A stretch of 64,000 bases of DNA from Octopus vulgaris (GCA_951406725.2 OX597820.1:58652001-58716000), one strand, 5' to 3'. Numbered from the stretch's first letter, positions 40,181-53,687 are shown. Notes: generated by a model from the sequence alone, not told the origin. Translations and numbers: made by a program.

Positions 40181-42671
40181 CAGGGGTGGGCGAACTTTTT
40201 TGATCGCGGGCCGCACAGTGCGTCTTTGGAACCTTGGCGGACCTCATTTATAAAAATCAAGTGAAAATATATTTAAAGGCGGTTATAGACCTATAAACAT
40301 ACAATTGATTGAAAGGAAATTTTGTGAAATATTCCTGGTTTAAGTGATTTAATTTATTTTTTAGAGTATCGGGTTCATGTTTTTCGGTTATTTGCTCCTA
40401 TAGTTGAAATTATTACAGGAACCTCGGTTATTTTGGACAGCCTGTTATCGCTTACAAATTGCCAGGAACGGAATTTTCCTAGTAAAATCTGCACTAATTG
40501 TGGACAACCACCTCTTAATATTATGGACAACCATGATGAATATTATACTTAAATTCTAGGATACCCAAAATAAAAGATTTTAAAGAGAAATAACAGTTTA
40601 TTAATATGAATTGATATCTGAAATTAGAAACGTCACCTGAAGCATTTATTTGAAGAACAAAGCGGCTCTGTAAATAACAATGTCAATGAGAATGATGCAG
40701 CTGACTACTGTCATTTACCAGTTTGTCAAAATTAGGTGTCAAGTTGCTTGTGCTGATTCTTAACACTGACTGAAGATTTGAGTCTGTGAGAAGTGATCGA
40801 TTCTTCCCCTTGTTAATTTTCATGATGGAGAAAGTCTGCTCACATATGTAAGTTGATGCAAACAACACAAACATCTTTCTTGCAAATTTTTTTTGATTTT
40901 GAAACTTTTTTGAATGTAGAGAAGCATAAAACTCGACCAGTGGTTTACTTTCAAACATCATCTTTAAAGAATTGTCGGCTTGCAAATGAATCAGTTCTAT
41001 CTGCAGTTCCTCGGTAGTTGTTTCAATGTCACAGGCAAGAGGTGAGTTAAGCAAATCGAACAGGCCTTCAACTGCCTTGAAATCAGCAAATCTTCTAATG
41101 AATTCCTTTTGTAAAGCCATCAACTGGGAACTGTACTTGTCCGATGATTCTTGTGTAACAGACTGTGTTTTCAGCAGAGGGAAGTGAATAATTTTTTGCT
41201 CATTCAGCTGCTTGGCAAAAAGTCCGAGCTTCCATTGAAAAGCTTTCACTTCCAGGTACAATTCATGAGCAAATATACCTTTGCTTTGCAGATTTGTGTT
41301 AAGTTCATTCAGCTTCTGCATTATGTCCACAGCAAATGCAAAATCACAAACCCATTCGTCACTCTCCATTTTGTTTAAAAAGTCACAGGAGATGTCTTGC
41401 AGTTTGAGAAATATAAGAATCTCTGCTTTGAGGTCCCATACTCTCTTAAGAACTTTTCCAATGCTTAACAAGCGGACATTTGTGTAGTACAGCACATCAG
41501 TAAAATCAGCCTCCACATCCTCCAAGAAACTTCGGAATTGCCTGTGTTTCAATCCCCGTGATCTTATTAAATTCACTGCACGCACCACAGGTTCGATGAC
41601 ATGTTTGAGTTTTAAAGATGACTTACAAAGGCTTTCTTGATGTATGATGCAGTGAAAAGACAACACACTGTGTAGTGGAAAATCTTCTTTGATTTTGTCA
41701 TTCAACAACTTCACAAGGCCGGAATGTTTACCGGTGAGTGAAGGAGCTCCATGGGTTGTAATGCTGGCCAGTTTATTTAGGGTTAATCCAGACCTGATTG
41801 AACTGTTAATGACACTGTTGAACAAATCTTTTCCAGTAGTAGTGTCTTTGAGAGACGCCATAGATAACAATTCCTCTGTAATTTCAAAGTTTTCGTCAAT
41901 TCCTCTGATGTAAATGAGTAACTGAGCAGTATCCTGAATATCAGTACTCTCATCTAAAGCAATAGAAAACCACTGAAATCGACCACTGGCTGTTAACAGC
42001 TGTTCATGAATACTTACGGCAATTGCATCAATGCGACGAACAATAGTTCTTCGTGACAGGGAAATGGCTTCTACGTTTGACTTAACTTCAGGACACACAA
42101 CGCTGACAGCATCAACCATACAATCTTTGATAAATTCTGCTTCTGCGAATGACTTGTTTTGCTGTGCAATTTTGTTGGCCAATATAAAACTTGCTTTTGT
42201 CGCGTTCCTTTGTAAAGAGGAAGTTTTATCAAACACATTTTGCTGTTGCTTCAAACGTTTTGTCAGATCATTTGCTTTCTTTTGCAGTTCTTGTTTTGAT
42301 AAATTGTGTCCAAAATTGGCGTGCTTCGTTTGAAAGTGGCGTTTCAAATTATATTCCTTGAACACAGCAACTGTTTCAGAACAAATCAAACATGCAGCTT
42401 TCACTCCAACGTCGGTAAAGAAATACTTTTCAGTCCAATTTTCATTAAAAACACGACATTCTTCTTCAATTTTTCGCTTTTTAGATAGCTTCGAACAACT
42501 CATTTTGGGTAAATTTTATCAGACAACAAAAGCTAGTTTGAAACACTCGTGTCTGTACTAAATTCAAATAATCGATAGAGTGAATGATAACCAACCACAG
42601 CTCTGTGTCCAGAAAAAGCTGGTTCAAGCCCTTTTATTAACATGGCCGTCTTCTTCATTGGAACGAAACGC
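40181..42671 (-). mobile_element. hAT DNA transposon (Buster/SPIN/GTF2IRD2-like), one TIR visible
   Basis: caggggtgggcgaac TIR after a gtctagag target-like octamer at 40173-40180; no second TIR seen before the duplication breakpoint at about 42672. Confidence 0.8.
40683..42503 (-). CDS. hAT transposase, 606-aa open ORF (GTF2IRD2/SPIN-like), probably catalytically inactive
   Basis: N-terminal zinc finger CLIC...KEYNLKRHFQTKH, FSIALDESTD, HCIIHQE, STYICEQTFS; TTDG->TTHG and RWLS->RLLS substitutions. Confidence 0.9.
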   Translation of the reverse strand: MSCSKLSKKRKIEEECRVFNENWTEKYFFTDVGVKAACLICSETVAVFKEYNLKRHFQTKHANFGHNLSKQELQKKANDLTKRLKQQQNVFDKTSSLQRNATKASFILANKIAQQNKSFAEAEFIKDCMVDAVSVVCPEVKSNVEAISLSRRTIVRRIDAIAVSIHEQLLTASGRFQWFSIALDESTDIQDTAQLLIYIRGIDENFEITEELLSMASLKDTTTGKDLFNSVINSSIRSGLTLNKLASITTHGAPSLTGKHSGLVKLLNDKIKEDFPLHSVLSFHCIIHQESLCKSSLKLKHVIEPVVRAVNLIRSRGLKHRQFRSFLEDVEADFTDVLYYTNVRLLSIGKVLKRVWDLKAEILIFLKLQDISCDFLNKMESDEWVCDFAFAVDIMQKLNELNTNLQSKGIFAHELYLEVKAFQWKLGLFAKQLNEQKIIHFPLLKTQSVTQESSDKYSSQLMALQKEFIRRFADFKAVEGLFDLLNSPLACDIETTTEELQIELIHLQADNSLKMMFESKPLVEFYASLHSKKFQNQKKFARKMFVLFASTYICEQTFSIMKINKGKNRSLLTDSNLQSVLRISTSNLTPNFDKLVNDSSQLHHSH

Positions 42672-43258
42672 ATTAGTATGTGTTAAACGAATGCATTATT
42701 GAGGACTTGTATATAATCAGATACCTTTGTTGTTATAGAAATTAAAGATATATAGGCGTAGGAGTGGCTGTGTTCTGGGTTCAGTCTCACTGCGTGGTAC
42801 CTTGGGCAAGTGTCTTCAACTATAGCCTCGGGCCGACCAAAGCCTTGTGAGTGGATTTGGTAGACAGAAACTGAAAGAAGCCCGTCGTATATATGTGTAT
42901 ATATATATATATATGTGTTTGTGTGTGTGTGTGTATGTTTGTGTGTCTGTGTTTGCCCCCCCCCAACATCGCTTAACAACCGATACTGGAGTGTTTCCGT
43001 CCTGGGGTTGATTTGCTCGACCAAAGGCAATGCTCCAGCATGACCACAGTCAAATGACTGAAACAAGTAAAAGAGTAAAAGAATAAAAGAGTTTATTTTC
43101 TACCACATGCAGCAAATGATAAAAGAACTGCATTCGCTGGCTAGCTGAAGCATTCACGTGACTTAAACTGATCAATAGAAGGCTGAGTATTCTCACGTCG
43201 AATCCAGTTTGGATGGTAGACTTAACTGTTGTTCAGTTTAATGCTACCACCTGACCCT
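42672..43258 (-). repeat. Inverted duplication block 3 (mirror of about 26462-27101)
   Basis: agggtcaggtggtagcattaaactg... through ...gcattcgtttaacacatactaat are reverse-complement matches; the block stops about 190 bp before B exon 4. Confidence 0.92.
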
Positions 43259-43429
43259 GTATACATATACATACATATACATGTATGCATGCGCGTATAT
43301 GTATGTATATGTATACGTGTGGGTGTGTGTATGTGTGTATATATGTATGTATGTATGGGTGTATGTATGTATGTATGTATGCGGATGTGTGTATATATAT
43401 ATGTATATGTATATATATGTATATATGTG

Positions 43430-43461
<32 letters not shown>

Positions 43462-44249
43462 TACATGTGTATGTGTATATGTGTATGTATATATATATAT
43501 GTGTGTATATATATGTATGTATGTTTTTGTATGTAGGTGTATATGTATGTGTGTATATATATTTGGTGTATATGTATAGACTAGTCTTCTAAGATTGTAG
43601 ACATGAATCTGTAGGTACGCGTATGTATGTGTATATACGTGTATGTATGTAGATGTATGTATGTATGAATATAACGCGTGCGTGCGTGTATGTGTATGAG
43701 TGTACGAATGAGAGTGTGTGTGCGTGCTAATGAGTGTGCGTGCGTGAGTGAGTGCTTGTGCTCAAGTAGAAAGATAAAAGGGACTAGCCAAGATGTTTGT
43801 GACCAGCGGTCAAAGATAACAAAAGTAATAAATGAAGATAATAAAATTAAAATTAGGGAATGGGTTTGTAATTGTATGTATATATGTGTGTATGTGTAGG
43901 TATGAATAGGTACACATATGTATGTATGTATGTGTATATATATGTATGTGTGTGTGTGTGTATACATACATATATGTGTATGAGTGGGTACACATATGTA
44001 TATATATATATATATGTGTGTGTGTATGCATACATATATGTGTATATGTATATATGAGTATATAGGGACTTGTGTGTTGTGTGTGCATGTGTGTATGTGG
44101 ATATGTGTGTGTATGTGAGTATGTGTATGTGTGTGTATGTATATATTTTTTTGTGTGTGTATGTGTATGTGTGGTCGTGTGTGTGTATATATACATGTGT
44201 GTGTGTATATGTATATGCATGTATATGTGTATGTATGTATATGTATATG

Positions 44250-44292
<43 letters not shown>

Positions 44293-44308
44293 GATATATG
44301 TATGTATA

Positions 44309-44355
<47 letters not shown>

Positions 44356-44395
44356 GTGTGTGTGTATGTATGTGTGTATGTATATGTGTGTGTGT
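43258..44395. repeat. Degenerate (TA/TG) microsatellite block
   Basis: About 1.1 kb of mostly mixed TA/TG/TATG repeats. Confidence 0.9.
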
Positions 44396-44680
44396 TGAGA
44401 ATTTCCTTATTTACCTAAAACTCTATTCTTCTATATAATTTTATATTTTTTTATTCTTTTATTTATTCTTCTATCTAATTTACCACTGACTCCTTGACCA
44501 CTCCCCCAAGTATGCTTTTTTTGCGCTATGCCTACCCCCAAAAAGTCCCCCACCACCACCCCTATAAACCTGCCTAAATGTATAAATGCCAATACAATTC
44601 TTGTTAACTAGCTTCCTGAAGATTTCTCTTGAATGAAACAGTTCTAGTCCTGAAGAAGCTCCTTCTATATAATAAATTAT

Positions 44681-44810
<130 letters not shown>

Positions 44811-45034
44811 CCGGTGTTTTTCAAACGATGAATAGCTTTGCGTAACCATGGTCCGTTTTGTTCTCTTACTTTATTATCATCTTATGATAATCATCTCATA
44901 ATAGTGACTTTTATGACTCGTATTACTACCTCAGTCAATCTAAATGTATATATTTGTCGTTACCTGTCATTAATAGCCTTTTTTTATTTGCAATGTCCAT
45001 TTTCGTTGATTTTTCATATTTTACCCCATATATA

Positions 45035-47529
45035 TATATATATATATATATATACCTGCTGTTTGTCCAGGATAGGACTACACAGCCACAGCAGGAAATG
45101 TACCAGGACATGAAATATAAAAGCCGGACTAGACAAAAAAAAAAAAAAAAATGCGCAACTCCATTGTCTCCCGAGACAGAAAGGATGCATGTATGTATTT
45201 GTGTGTCTGTGTTTGTCTCCCCACCATCGCTTGACAACCGATGTTGGTATGTTTATGTCCCCGTAACAATAGCGGTTCGGCAAAAGAGACCGATAAAATA
45301 AGTGCCAGGCTTTCGAAGAATAAGTCCTGGAGTCATTTTTTCGATTAAAGGCGGTGCTCCAGCATGGCCGCAGTCAAATGACTGAAGCAAATAAAAGAAT
45401 AAATCCTCCCAAACATATACGCATATATTAAATATGTGTATATTAAATGTCCCTGGCACTTATTTCACTGCTCCTGGTTGGAAGAAGTGTAAAATGGCCT
45501 CGGTGGAATTTGAACGTAGAACCCTAAGAAACGTATATAAACACATTCGTCTAACAATCTACGTATTTGTCAACTCCACTGCTCTATCATGATATAAAAC
45601 AGACGATTTCGTTCTTGGCTCCAAGATTACAATTTACGAAGAAGTCTGTGACTGCACATTATAACCGGTATTACATTTATCGTTATTCTATGAAAGCCAA
45701 TGGAACGTGAGGCAATACTCATTTAGAATGCCCTGATGGAGAGGATTAATGCAGTTTAAGTTTAGCTCAAATTTCTGCATAGATAAGCACACTTTGAGAT
45801 AACTTCAAATATATTTGGGATATATTTGCCATATAAAAAAAAGGCCATTTTCACAGTGGTTTACCATGGAGAAAATTCTCACTTTAAGCAACAGGTGTTA
45901 AAACACAACAATAATTTTAGAATGCTTCCTGTGAATCGATGAACGAATTTCAAGCATCTTAACTATTGTCAATACTGGATACCAAGTGCGACAACTCTGA
46001 AATGACTTGGTGTTGCCTAAAACAAGAATTTTTCTCCATTGCAAAATGTAGTGGAAAAGGCCTTTTTACCAGTCAAATATGTTTCAAACATATTTGGACT
46101 AATCTGAAAGTTTGTTGATTCCACAGCACTGCATCGTGTCTCTAATATATAACCTGCATAGTCTGAGCATGAAAGAAAGAGCCAAGAGACTGAAATTTTG
46201 GGAAAGAAGGATTGGGTGTAAAAAAATTGGTGTTTAGACTAAAGTGTACATATATTGGCAAAGGAAATATAGAATTATCTATGAGTCGTTTTTTGTTTGG
46301 TTCTTGCGTCAGTTCAGTCTTGATTGAGCCGAATTATACTCCAGATATGAGCATCTCGGTCAATTCTTTTCTCAGAAACAATATATCTAGATCACCCTGA
46401 TCCAGTGTCCCTCCACTATTTAGATGGTAGGTTGTAAATTTATGGAAATTTGGTTACTATTTCTGACAGGTCGAGTGACCAAGTATATGCTTCCTTTTTA
46501 TCAAACTTTAATGTAGATGTAGTTAGCCCTTTTATATGATTAAGGGTATTCTAGCTGTGACTATAATGTCAGCATAAGAATATACTATCAGATACGCTTT
46601 TCTAAAAACACAATTGAGTATTATTTAACCTTTTGCCAGTTTTGTCTATCATATGTGATATATTTTGCCGGTGTCCTGCATCAGACTTGGTACACATTCC
46701 CAATTCTTTTTAACCGTTAGAGGAACTTGGAATTATTGAAACGAAAGATTGCTATTACTCAAGGGTTAACTAAAAGTCTGGAAACAAACATGGACATTTA
46801 GGACAAATTTATGAAAATGCTTTGGACAAGCAGGCTTAAGCGAGATACCTCTGCTGTTTCTAAAGGTCCAGCAAATACATAATAAACTTTTATGGAAAAA
46901 CAAAATGGGAAAATTGTGACGTTCATGCTGCTTTTTGTAAAGTTAACTGATTTTAATCAATGAATTGGTTTCAGTCTAAACACCCCACCGATGAACAGAG
47001 CACTAATCGTAAATGTGAAATATTTAGAGACTTACAGCGAAGAATTTCTTGAAATACTTTTGGTTACAGTTATCAGTCGGGTCTCCGTCTAGGAGAACGG
47101 TAACATTTGATTTACAAATACATGGAAGCAACGTTTTCTCGAACATATCTGGTGCTGCAACAACAGTTAGGGCCAGTGTATTTCGACTGTATTTCAGACG
47201 GAACGAGGGTTTCATTGATTTAATATCGTTGTAGCATCTCACCTGGATAAAAGAACAATATATATATAGAGAGAGAGAATTCAGGTAATATCTCGTTTGA
47301 AGAAGTAATAGGTATAAGCAATTAATGTTCAAGTTGTTTGCTGCCTAAAACTCGAACTTGAACTGAAATCTAAGGGTTTTTGTGTTATAGCTGGCTAATG
47401 ACGATTGGATATAGTCTGCTTATCATTTGAAAAGATACATTATTAATAGAATAAAAGTATAAATAAGCAAACAACGATTGAGTGGTTACATAAGTACAGG
47501 TCATAAAGAGGAAGTAAAAAATAAATGTT
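45035..47529 (-). repeat. Inverted duplication block 2 (mirror of about 19952-22428)
   Basis: Near-identical reverse complement, including B exon 2 and ORF pairs 21077..21265/46212..46400 and 21978..22184/45253..45459. Confidence 0.95.
47036..47242 (-). pseudogene. MMACHC: Duplicated copy of paralog B exon 2 (orphan exon in the inverted arm)
   Basis: Intact cag|/|gtaag sites, 207 nt, 2 aa differences from 20235-20441 (KALIP vs KTLLP); the matching exons 1, 3 and 4 are absent from this arm. Confidence 0.8.
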
Positions 47530-47811
47530 TGTAACTAACCACTTTCAACCTTCGTATACTGGTAGAATGTGTCACATAAAACATCTTGGCGTTGATGAGA
47601 AAATTCTGTATTTTGGAAATTATTTCTTGTTAAAGTTGTCGTATTTCGGTAATTTCAACCAATCAATGACGTGTATTCAGCTGAATAAAATTACTGCTGT
47701 TGTTTGTGATAACAACTTATTTATGACATCGATTGTGCGTTTGTACTGGTTTTAGCTTTAAGATTTTAGAGTTAGGGTTAGGGTTTTAGGGTTTGACAGC
47801 ATCATAACAAA

Positions 47812-49035
47812 AGCCTACTGGAAGCAGAACGGAAGAATTCCTAGTACTGTTAGCCGGAGTGTGGTAACACTGCTGAGAAAGGACGCCGACAATGGGGACG
47901 TCCTAAGGAATTTTTGGTCCAAAACGCTACTGAACACAGAATCTAAAATTTTGGTCAAGATATTAGCGAAAAGGTTGGCGTTTGTCGTTGCTAGTCTGAT
48001 CGAGGATGCACAAACATGCGCAGTCCTGAGCAGGTCTATCCACGACAACCTCCACCCTATACGATACATCATAGAGAGGGCTGGGACTAAAGCTGGCTTC
48101 GATGGGGTCCTGATCTTTTATATCAGTCGAAAGCTTTCGATAGAGTAGACCATCGCTACTTGGAAGACGTCCTTAAAGCAGTCGATTTCTGACCCGTTTT
48201 CTGAGGCTGGATTGCTGCAATGCACAGCGGCACCTGCTCGGTGGTCAAAGGAAATGGCTACCAACTGGAACCGTTTAGTATCGCACATTCGGTTCGTCAG
48301 GGCTACCCACTGTCACCTCTTCTATATGTCCTGGCTCTCGAGCCACTTCTGCGGAAGTTGGAACAGTTAAGAGGTCTCCTTTCTAAATTGGACTCGGAAG
48401 GGTAGTGTCAGCGTACGCGGACGACGTCACTATCATGGTGTTGGACGCCTCCGAAGTGGAGACGGTCAACTCCATTGTAACGACCCGATGCGGTTGCTCC
48501 ATGTCCACATTGGCACATTCGGGAGGTCGAGTCGGTACCTGTCAGACAGTTGCAAACGTATGAGCAGGTCTTTGAGGCATTTACATCCCCACCTATTCCC
48601 AACTCTACCCACAGTCTCGGTGCACGTCTAAGGTAGCGTTCCAATCCCCCACTAAAAGTAAAGGTCGGAACATTCCCAGGAAAACCTCTAGATGTCGAAA
48701 GAAATCCAGCCGACCTGTTCAGGACGGTGCATAAGCTGTTATCAGTCGAAAAGAACACCCATTACTGCCATCGACATCCAAGACGACCAGCCTACCTTCC
48801 GGGTCTAGGAATATTGTTCTTACTTTGATGTCCAGACTCATCCGAAAAAGCACCGCGGTACCTCCTCGGCACATTCTCGGCAGACACGGAGAAAAATAAA
48901 TGTCGAATTGTCCGCCGAACATGTGCTCGAGGACCCGTAGGTTGTGGAGTCTGGTCTCACTGATAGCTATGATATCTACATTCTATGTCTTGATGTCATC
49001 TAACAAGTAGCCTTGTTTCCAAGGTGACCCCTAGC
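47812..49035. mobile_element. Degenerate Tx1/L1-like LINE: RT fragment on + (47812-48480) and APE endonuclease start on - (49035-48480)
   Basis: LLNTESKILVKILAKRL, VRQGYPLSPLLY and AYADDV on +; CINVRG...GGTAVLF...DPEGRLVVLDV on -. Confidence 0.8.
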
Positions 49036-49269
49036 CACGCACATTTATACAACCTATTCTAAGCATGTTCCTATCGAAAGTTGTATTTTATACACGAAAG
49101 GAAAATAAAAAGAATGAGAGAGAGAGAGGGGGGGGGAGTCACCTACTGTTCGAAAGTTGGTTAGATAGATAGATAGATAGATAGATTGATAGATAGATTG
49201 ATAGATAATTTTCTTTATTAGCCACACAGGGCCGAATAGAGGGGACAAAATACAATGTAGAGCTTTTTT

Positions 49270-49342
<73 letters not shown>

Positions 49343-49348
49343 AAGATA

Positions 49349-51181
49349 TGTTTCTTTATTAGCCACACAGGGGCTGAACACAGACGGGACAAATTACAAG
49401 GTAGAGCTTTTGTTTTTGGGGAGAAAAAAAGGGGGGGTAGGTTTTCGATCAAAAGGGATCGTAAAAAGGAAATAAAAGAAAAAAGACGATCAATAGGGAT
49501 CGTGTATCAAAGAAATATCATGATATAGAGTGTAAAGGGGGAAACAGATGAGGTTTATTCGTGGAAAGAAAAGCCTACGGGAAAGACCACCGTAACCTCG
49601 GTCAATAATATCTGGAAGTTGTCCGTAGGTCCCGGCCCGAAAGTCGACTTAAACAGGCGGGTCTACGTAGAGCCGGAGGTGTTGCAGTCTCAGCGCGTGT
49701 CTGCGCATCATCAACCGCGGCATGCCCAGACCTTTTAACGGGTGTTGACAGCAAATGGATCGCCTGACCATCGGGACGCATCCTTTCCACAAGAAGCGAA
49801 AGAGAATGCGTTCTAATTTGCTGATGGTAGGGCCGGGACAAGGTACGACGGTCAGGCGGTAGTAGATGACGGACGCGATGTACGTGTTCGCCACCTCCGC
49901 CCGACCTTTTAGGGACAGTTTCCTCTCGGCCCCTTGCCGGGCGAGAGTGACCACCCTACTCGTTATCTCGTTCCAGTTCTTCTCCATTTGGCGGTCCGGA
50001 CCAAACCAGACCCCGAGCAACTCGACCGGACCGTCGGTCCAGCGTCCCACGAACGAGGCGCTGGTGGACGGCATGGGCTTGCTTGTCCAGGTGCCGAGTC
50101 GCAAGCCCACTGACTTTTCCCGGTTGATTTTTCGCTCCTGTCACCGCTTCGTAGTCTTTCAGAGTCCCGCCGACCAGCTCGATGTGCTCGTGGCTAGACA
50201 CTATGACGGTGACGTCGTCCGCGTATGCAGATACGCTCGTCCCGCATACCAGTTCTCGCGGGATGCCCCACAGAGTTGCCAGCTTCCGCAATAATGGCTC
50301 GAGAGTCAATACGTATAGAAGCGATGAGAGGGGGCATCCCTGACGGACCGAACGTGCAATGTCGAAAGGTCTCGATAGATGTCCATTCACGCGAATTACC
50401 GAACGGATGCCTCTGTACAAAGCGGCTATCCAGCCGCGGAAGACGGGACCGAAACCAGCCGCTCCGAGGACAACCTCCAAGTATCGATGGTCCACCCTAT
50501 CGAAAAATTTCGATTGATCCAAATTGATCAGGGCCCCACCCATGCTAGGTTCCTTAACTACCTTGTCTATGATGTAGCGTATCAGGTGGAGGTTGTCATG
50601 GATGTTCCGGCCCGGCACGGCGCACGTTTGAGCCTTGTCGACCAGTTTCTCGATAACAAGCGCCAACCTCTTGGCTAACACCTTGGCCAAAATTTTCAAG
50701 TCTGCATTGAGCAGAGTGATGAGCCTAAAGTTATCTATTACACCCCCTTGTTTAGATCTTTCTTCAGCAGTGTTACGGCTCCTCGGCTCAAAAAATCAGG
50801 AATGTTCCCATTTTGCTGCCAGTTGCAGTACACCGCTGCCAAGACGTCTCCAAACAAGTCTGGTATACAGCTGTAAAGCTCGTAGGGTAGACCATCCAAA
50901 CCCGGCGATTTGTCCCTCGAGCATTCTTCCATCGCGTCCTGCACTTCCGCCGCCGTGATGGCACCTTCACAGCGCCCTGCTTCTCTTGTCGGGAGTCGTG
51001 GTAGGCTGTGTAGGTAGGCTCTGAAGTCCACCATACGTTCTTGCCCGCCACTCGTCCCGAACAGTCGGGCAAAATGCTGCTGAAAGGCCTCACACATTTT
51101 ACTTGGCTCGAGCAATTCGCGCCCCTGTTCATCTACCAGAGACCGAATGGTGGCTTTGTTGCCCTGTTGCGCCTCTGCCAC
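49349..51181 (-). mobile_element. 5'-truncated Tx1/L1-like LINE (RT domain plus 3' end) embedded in (GATA)n
   Basis: KSPGLDG, KILAKVLAKRL, SVRQGCPLS, AYADDV, LGVWFG; 3' end tgtgtggctaataaagaaa; GATA repeats on both sides. Confidence 0.9.
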
Positions 51182-51195
51182 ATAGATAGATAAAC

Positions 51196-51245
<50 letters not shown>

Positions 51246-51267
51246 ACAAATAGATAGATAGATAAAC

Positions 51268-51319
<52 letters not shown>

Positions 51320-52199
51320 GGATAGATAGATATCCGTTTACTACATGTTGTTTCTTTCATATTCGTTTATTAAATGTTGTTTTACACCTATTACACAATT
51401 TTTTTTTTCATTCTTTTGCTCGGGTCAAACACTGGGGATTAACCACGGCCCACATATGTTGGGATTTTTTCCAATGTTTTTCACCAAAGTCTTCAGGATG
51501 ATGGGAAGCATTTTCACGAGCATTTTTCTACTCCCGGCTCCCCTCACCAGCCCAGTTCGAAACGATTTTGGCCATGCACGCACTTAAAAACCCGCGAGAG
51601 AAACATTTTCGGTTTAAAAAAAAAATTGTTAATAATTTCAGAGGAAAATGTATGATTTAAGGGAGATCTGGCTGTTGTTTCTAGCACATCCTCAAACCTC
51701 CCTCCTCGTTTCTTTCTTACACATCTATTGATATTTTTCCGTATTTTTCTCTCCATAAACAAATTTTATGGAATGATGATGTCAAAGTAACGCACTTGTA
51801 GTCCCAACCGAGCGAGACTGTTATGTGTGTGTGTGTAAAAAAAAACCCTGAAAATGACGCGTACATTATTAAATATGCTAAGACAATCTGAAAACAATAG
51901 AAACTTTTAAAAGTTTACCGGTTTTTAGGGAATTTTTGAGCTAAATGAAACGGAAGTTAATTAGTCCGATGATGATTTTCAAAGTTAACTTAAAAGTTAA
52001 ATCATTAACAAAAATGTTAACTTCGTTAATTAACGATTAACGGATTGTAGCGGGATGTGAAGCAAAAGGTATTGGTGAAGCAAATGAATATAGGTGTGTT
52101 GGACGACATCAAAGGAAAACAATGAGGAAAGCTTCGGAATGTAGCTTAAATAATTTATTTGACCAACACTTGCATTTACATGTTGGATACACAAAATAA

Positions 52200-52750
52200 A
52201 TCGAGATGGTGACTGCACTCCAGAAATAAGACGGCAGGTAGTACTAGGCAGAGAGGCAATGGTCAGCATGAGCAGGGTCTGGAAGAGTAGAGACATCAGA
52301 CTCGCTACCAAATGCAGATTGGTGAATGCAATTGTCTTCAAAATAGCAACATATGGATGCAAGACCTGGACACTAAAGAAAGCTGACCAGAAGAGAATTA
52401 ATGCATTCGAGCTTTGGTTTGGAGAAGACTTTTACGTCCATGGACTGCGAGGCTCACCAATGGAGAAGTTCTTAAGCAGATCAGGCCGAAAATGTCGCTA
52501 GAAGCTAGGATCACCAAGCATAGATTGGCATATTTCGGTCATGTTATACGGAGAAGATCCCTGGAGAAGGACATCATGCTCGGAATGGTCAGTGGCAAGA
52601 GAGGAAGAGGCCGACCAAGAACCCGCTGGCTTGACACCATCAAGAGGGATACCGGAATGGACATAGCCAATCTGAAAGAAGCGGCTCAGGATAGAACTGA
52701 CTGGAGGACACTGATCCAACGAGTAATCGAGAGTCGACTTCGACTGAGCG

Positions 52751-52752
<2 letters not shown>
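52200..52752 (+). mobile_element. RTE-clade LINE 3' fragment (inverted-arm copy, frameshifted)
   Basis: Mirror of 12290-12850; small deletions split the ORF into 52259..52501 and 52414..52755. Confidence 0.9.
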
Positions 52753-52806
<54 letters not shown>

Positions 52807-53137
52807 TACACAAAGCTACATGAAGTTTACCAACTGCTTCGAGTTGGGCGAAATCTCGACGTGATATGTATGACATGTCACCTCGGCCGCTGTAGGATTA
52901 ACGCACTTACGCCCAGCTCAAGGGTGTATATATGCAAAAGTAGGTTTACAGTTATCGCGTAGGCACTTTAAATTTCTTTTAATACATTTCTTTTATGACA
53001 TTTAAATTTTTATTTTACAATTAACAAAATTGTTATAAAATATTGGTTTCATATTTTTCTATAATGAAGATTTAAACTGTTTATATATGAATTCGAAAGA
53101 GTTTAATAACTGTAAACCTACTTTTTGGCCACCTTGG

Positions 53138-53181
<44 letters not shown>

Positions 53182-53648
53182 TTGATAGAGAGCATTGAGA
53201 GACACCAGAGACCAGATGTAGACGGAAGAAAACAACTACTGACCCAACCTGACTGCAGCTTAAACAATGACAAACGACGACAGCAACACCAACACCAACA
53301 CTAACTAACCACTCTGTGACTGCTGCTACAATCACACCTAGAACAATTATATTCAAACAGGCGCAGGAGTGGCTGTGTGGTAAGTAGCTTGCTTACCAAC
53401 CACATGGTTCCGGGTTCAGTGCCTTCTACTATAGCCGCGGGCCGACCAAAGCCTTGTGAGTGGATTTGGTAGACGGAAACTGAAAGAAGCCCGTCTGGCG
53501 ATTTTTTTTTTCCTCTGTCTTCCCTTCTCTGGATTTTTCCTTCTCCTATGTTTCCGACGAAGAGCTCCGCTCGAAACGTTAAACCCTCCTTCTTTCCTGA
53601 GCGTCCAATAATACTATATTTTTTGTGCTTTCTTGTTTGAATTAACTT

Positions 53649-53687
<39 letters not shown>

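Noticed and set aside
47770-47795. ttaggg-like units (gttagggttagggttttaggg)
   Set aside because: Only about three units inside a dispersed repeat; insufficient for an interstitial telomere call.
47812-49035. Opposite orientation of RT and endonuclease fragments, suggesting twin priming
   Set aside because: The order and orientation do not match the classic 5'-inversion structure, and no TSD or tail is visible; more likely a later rearrangement.
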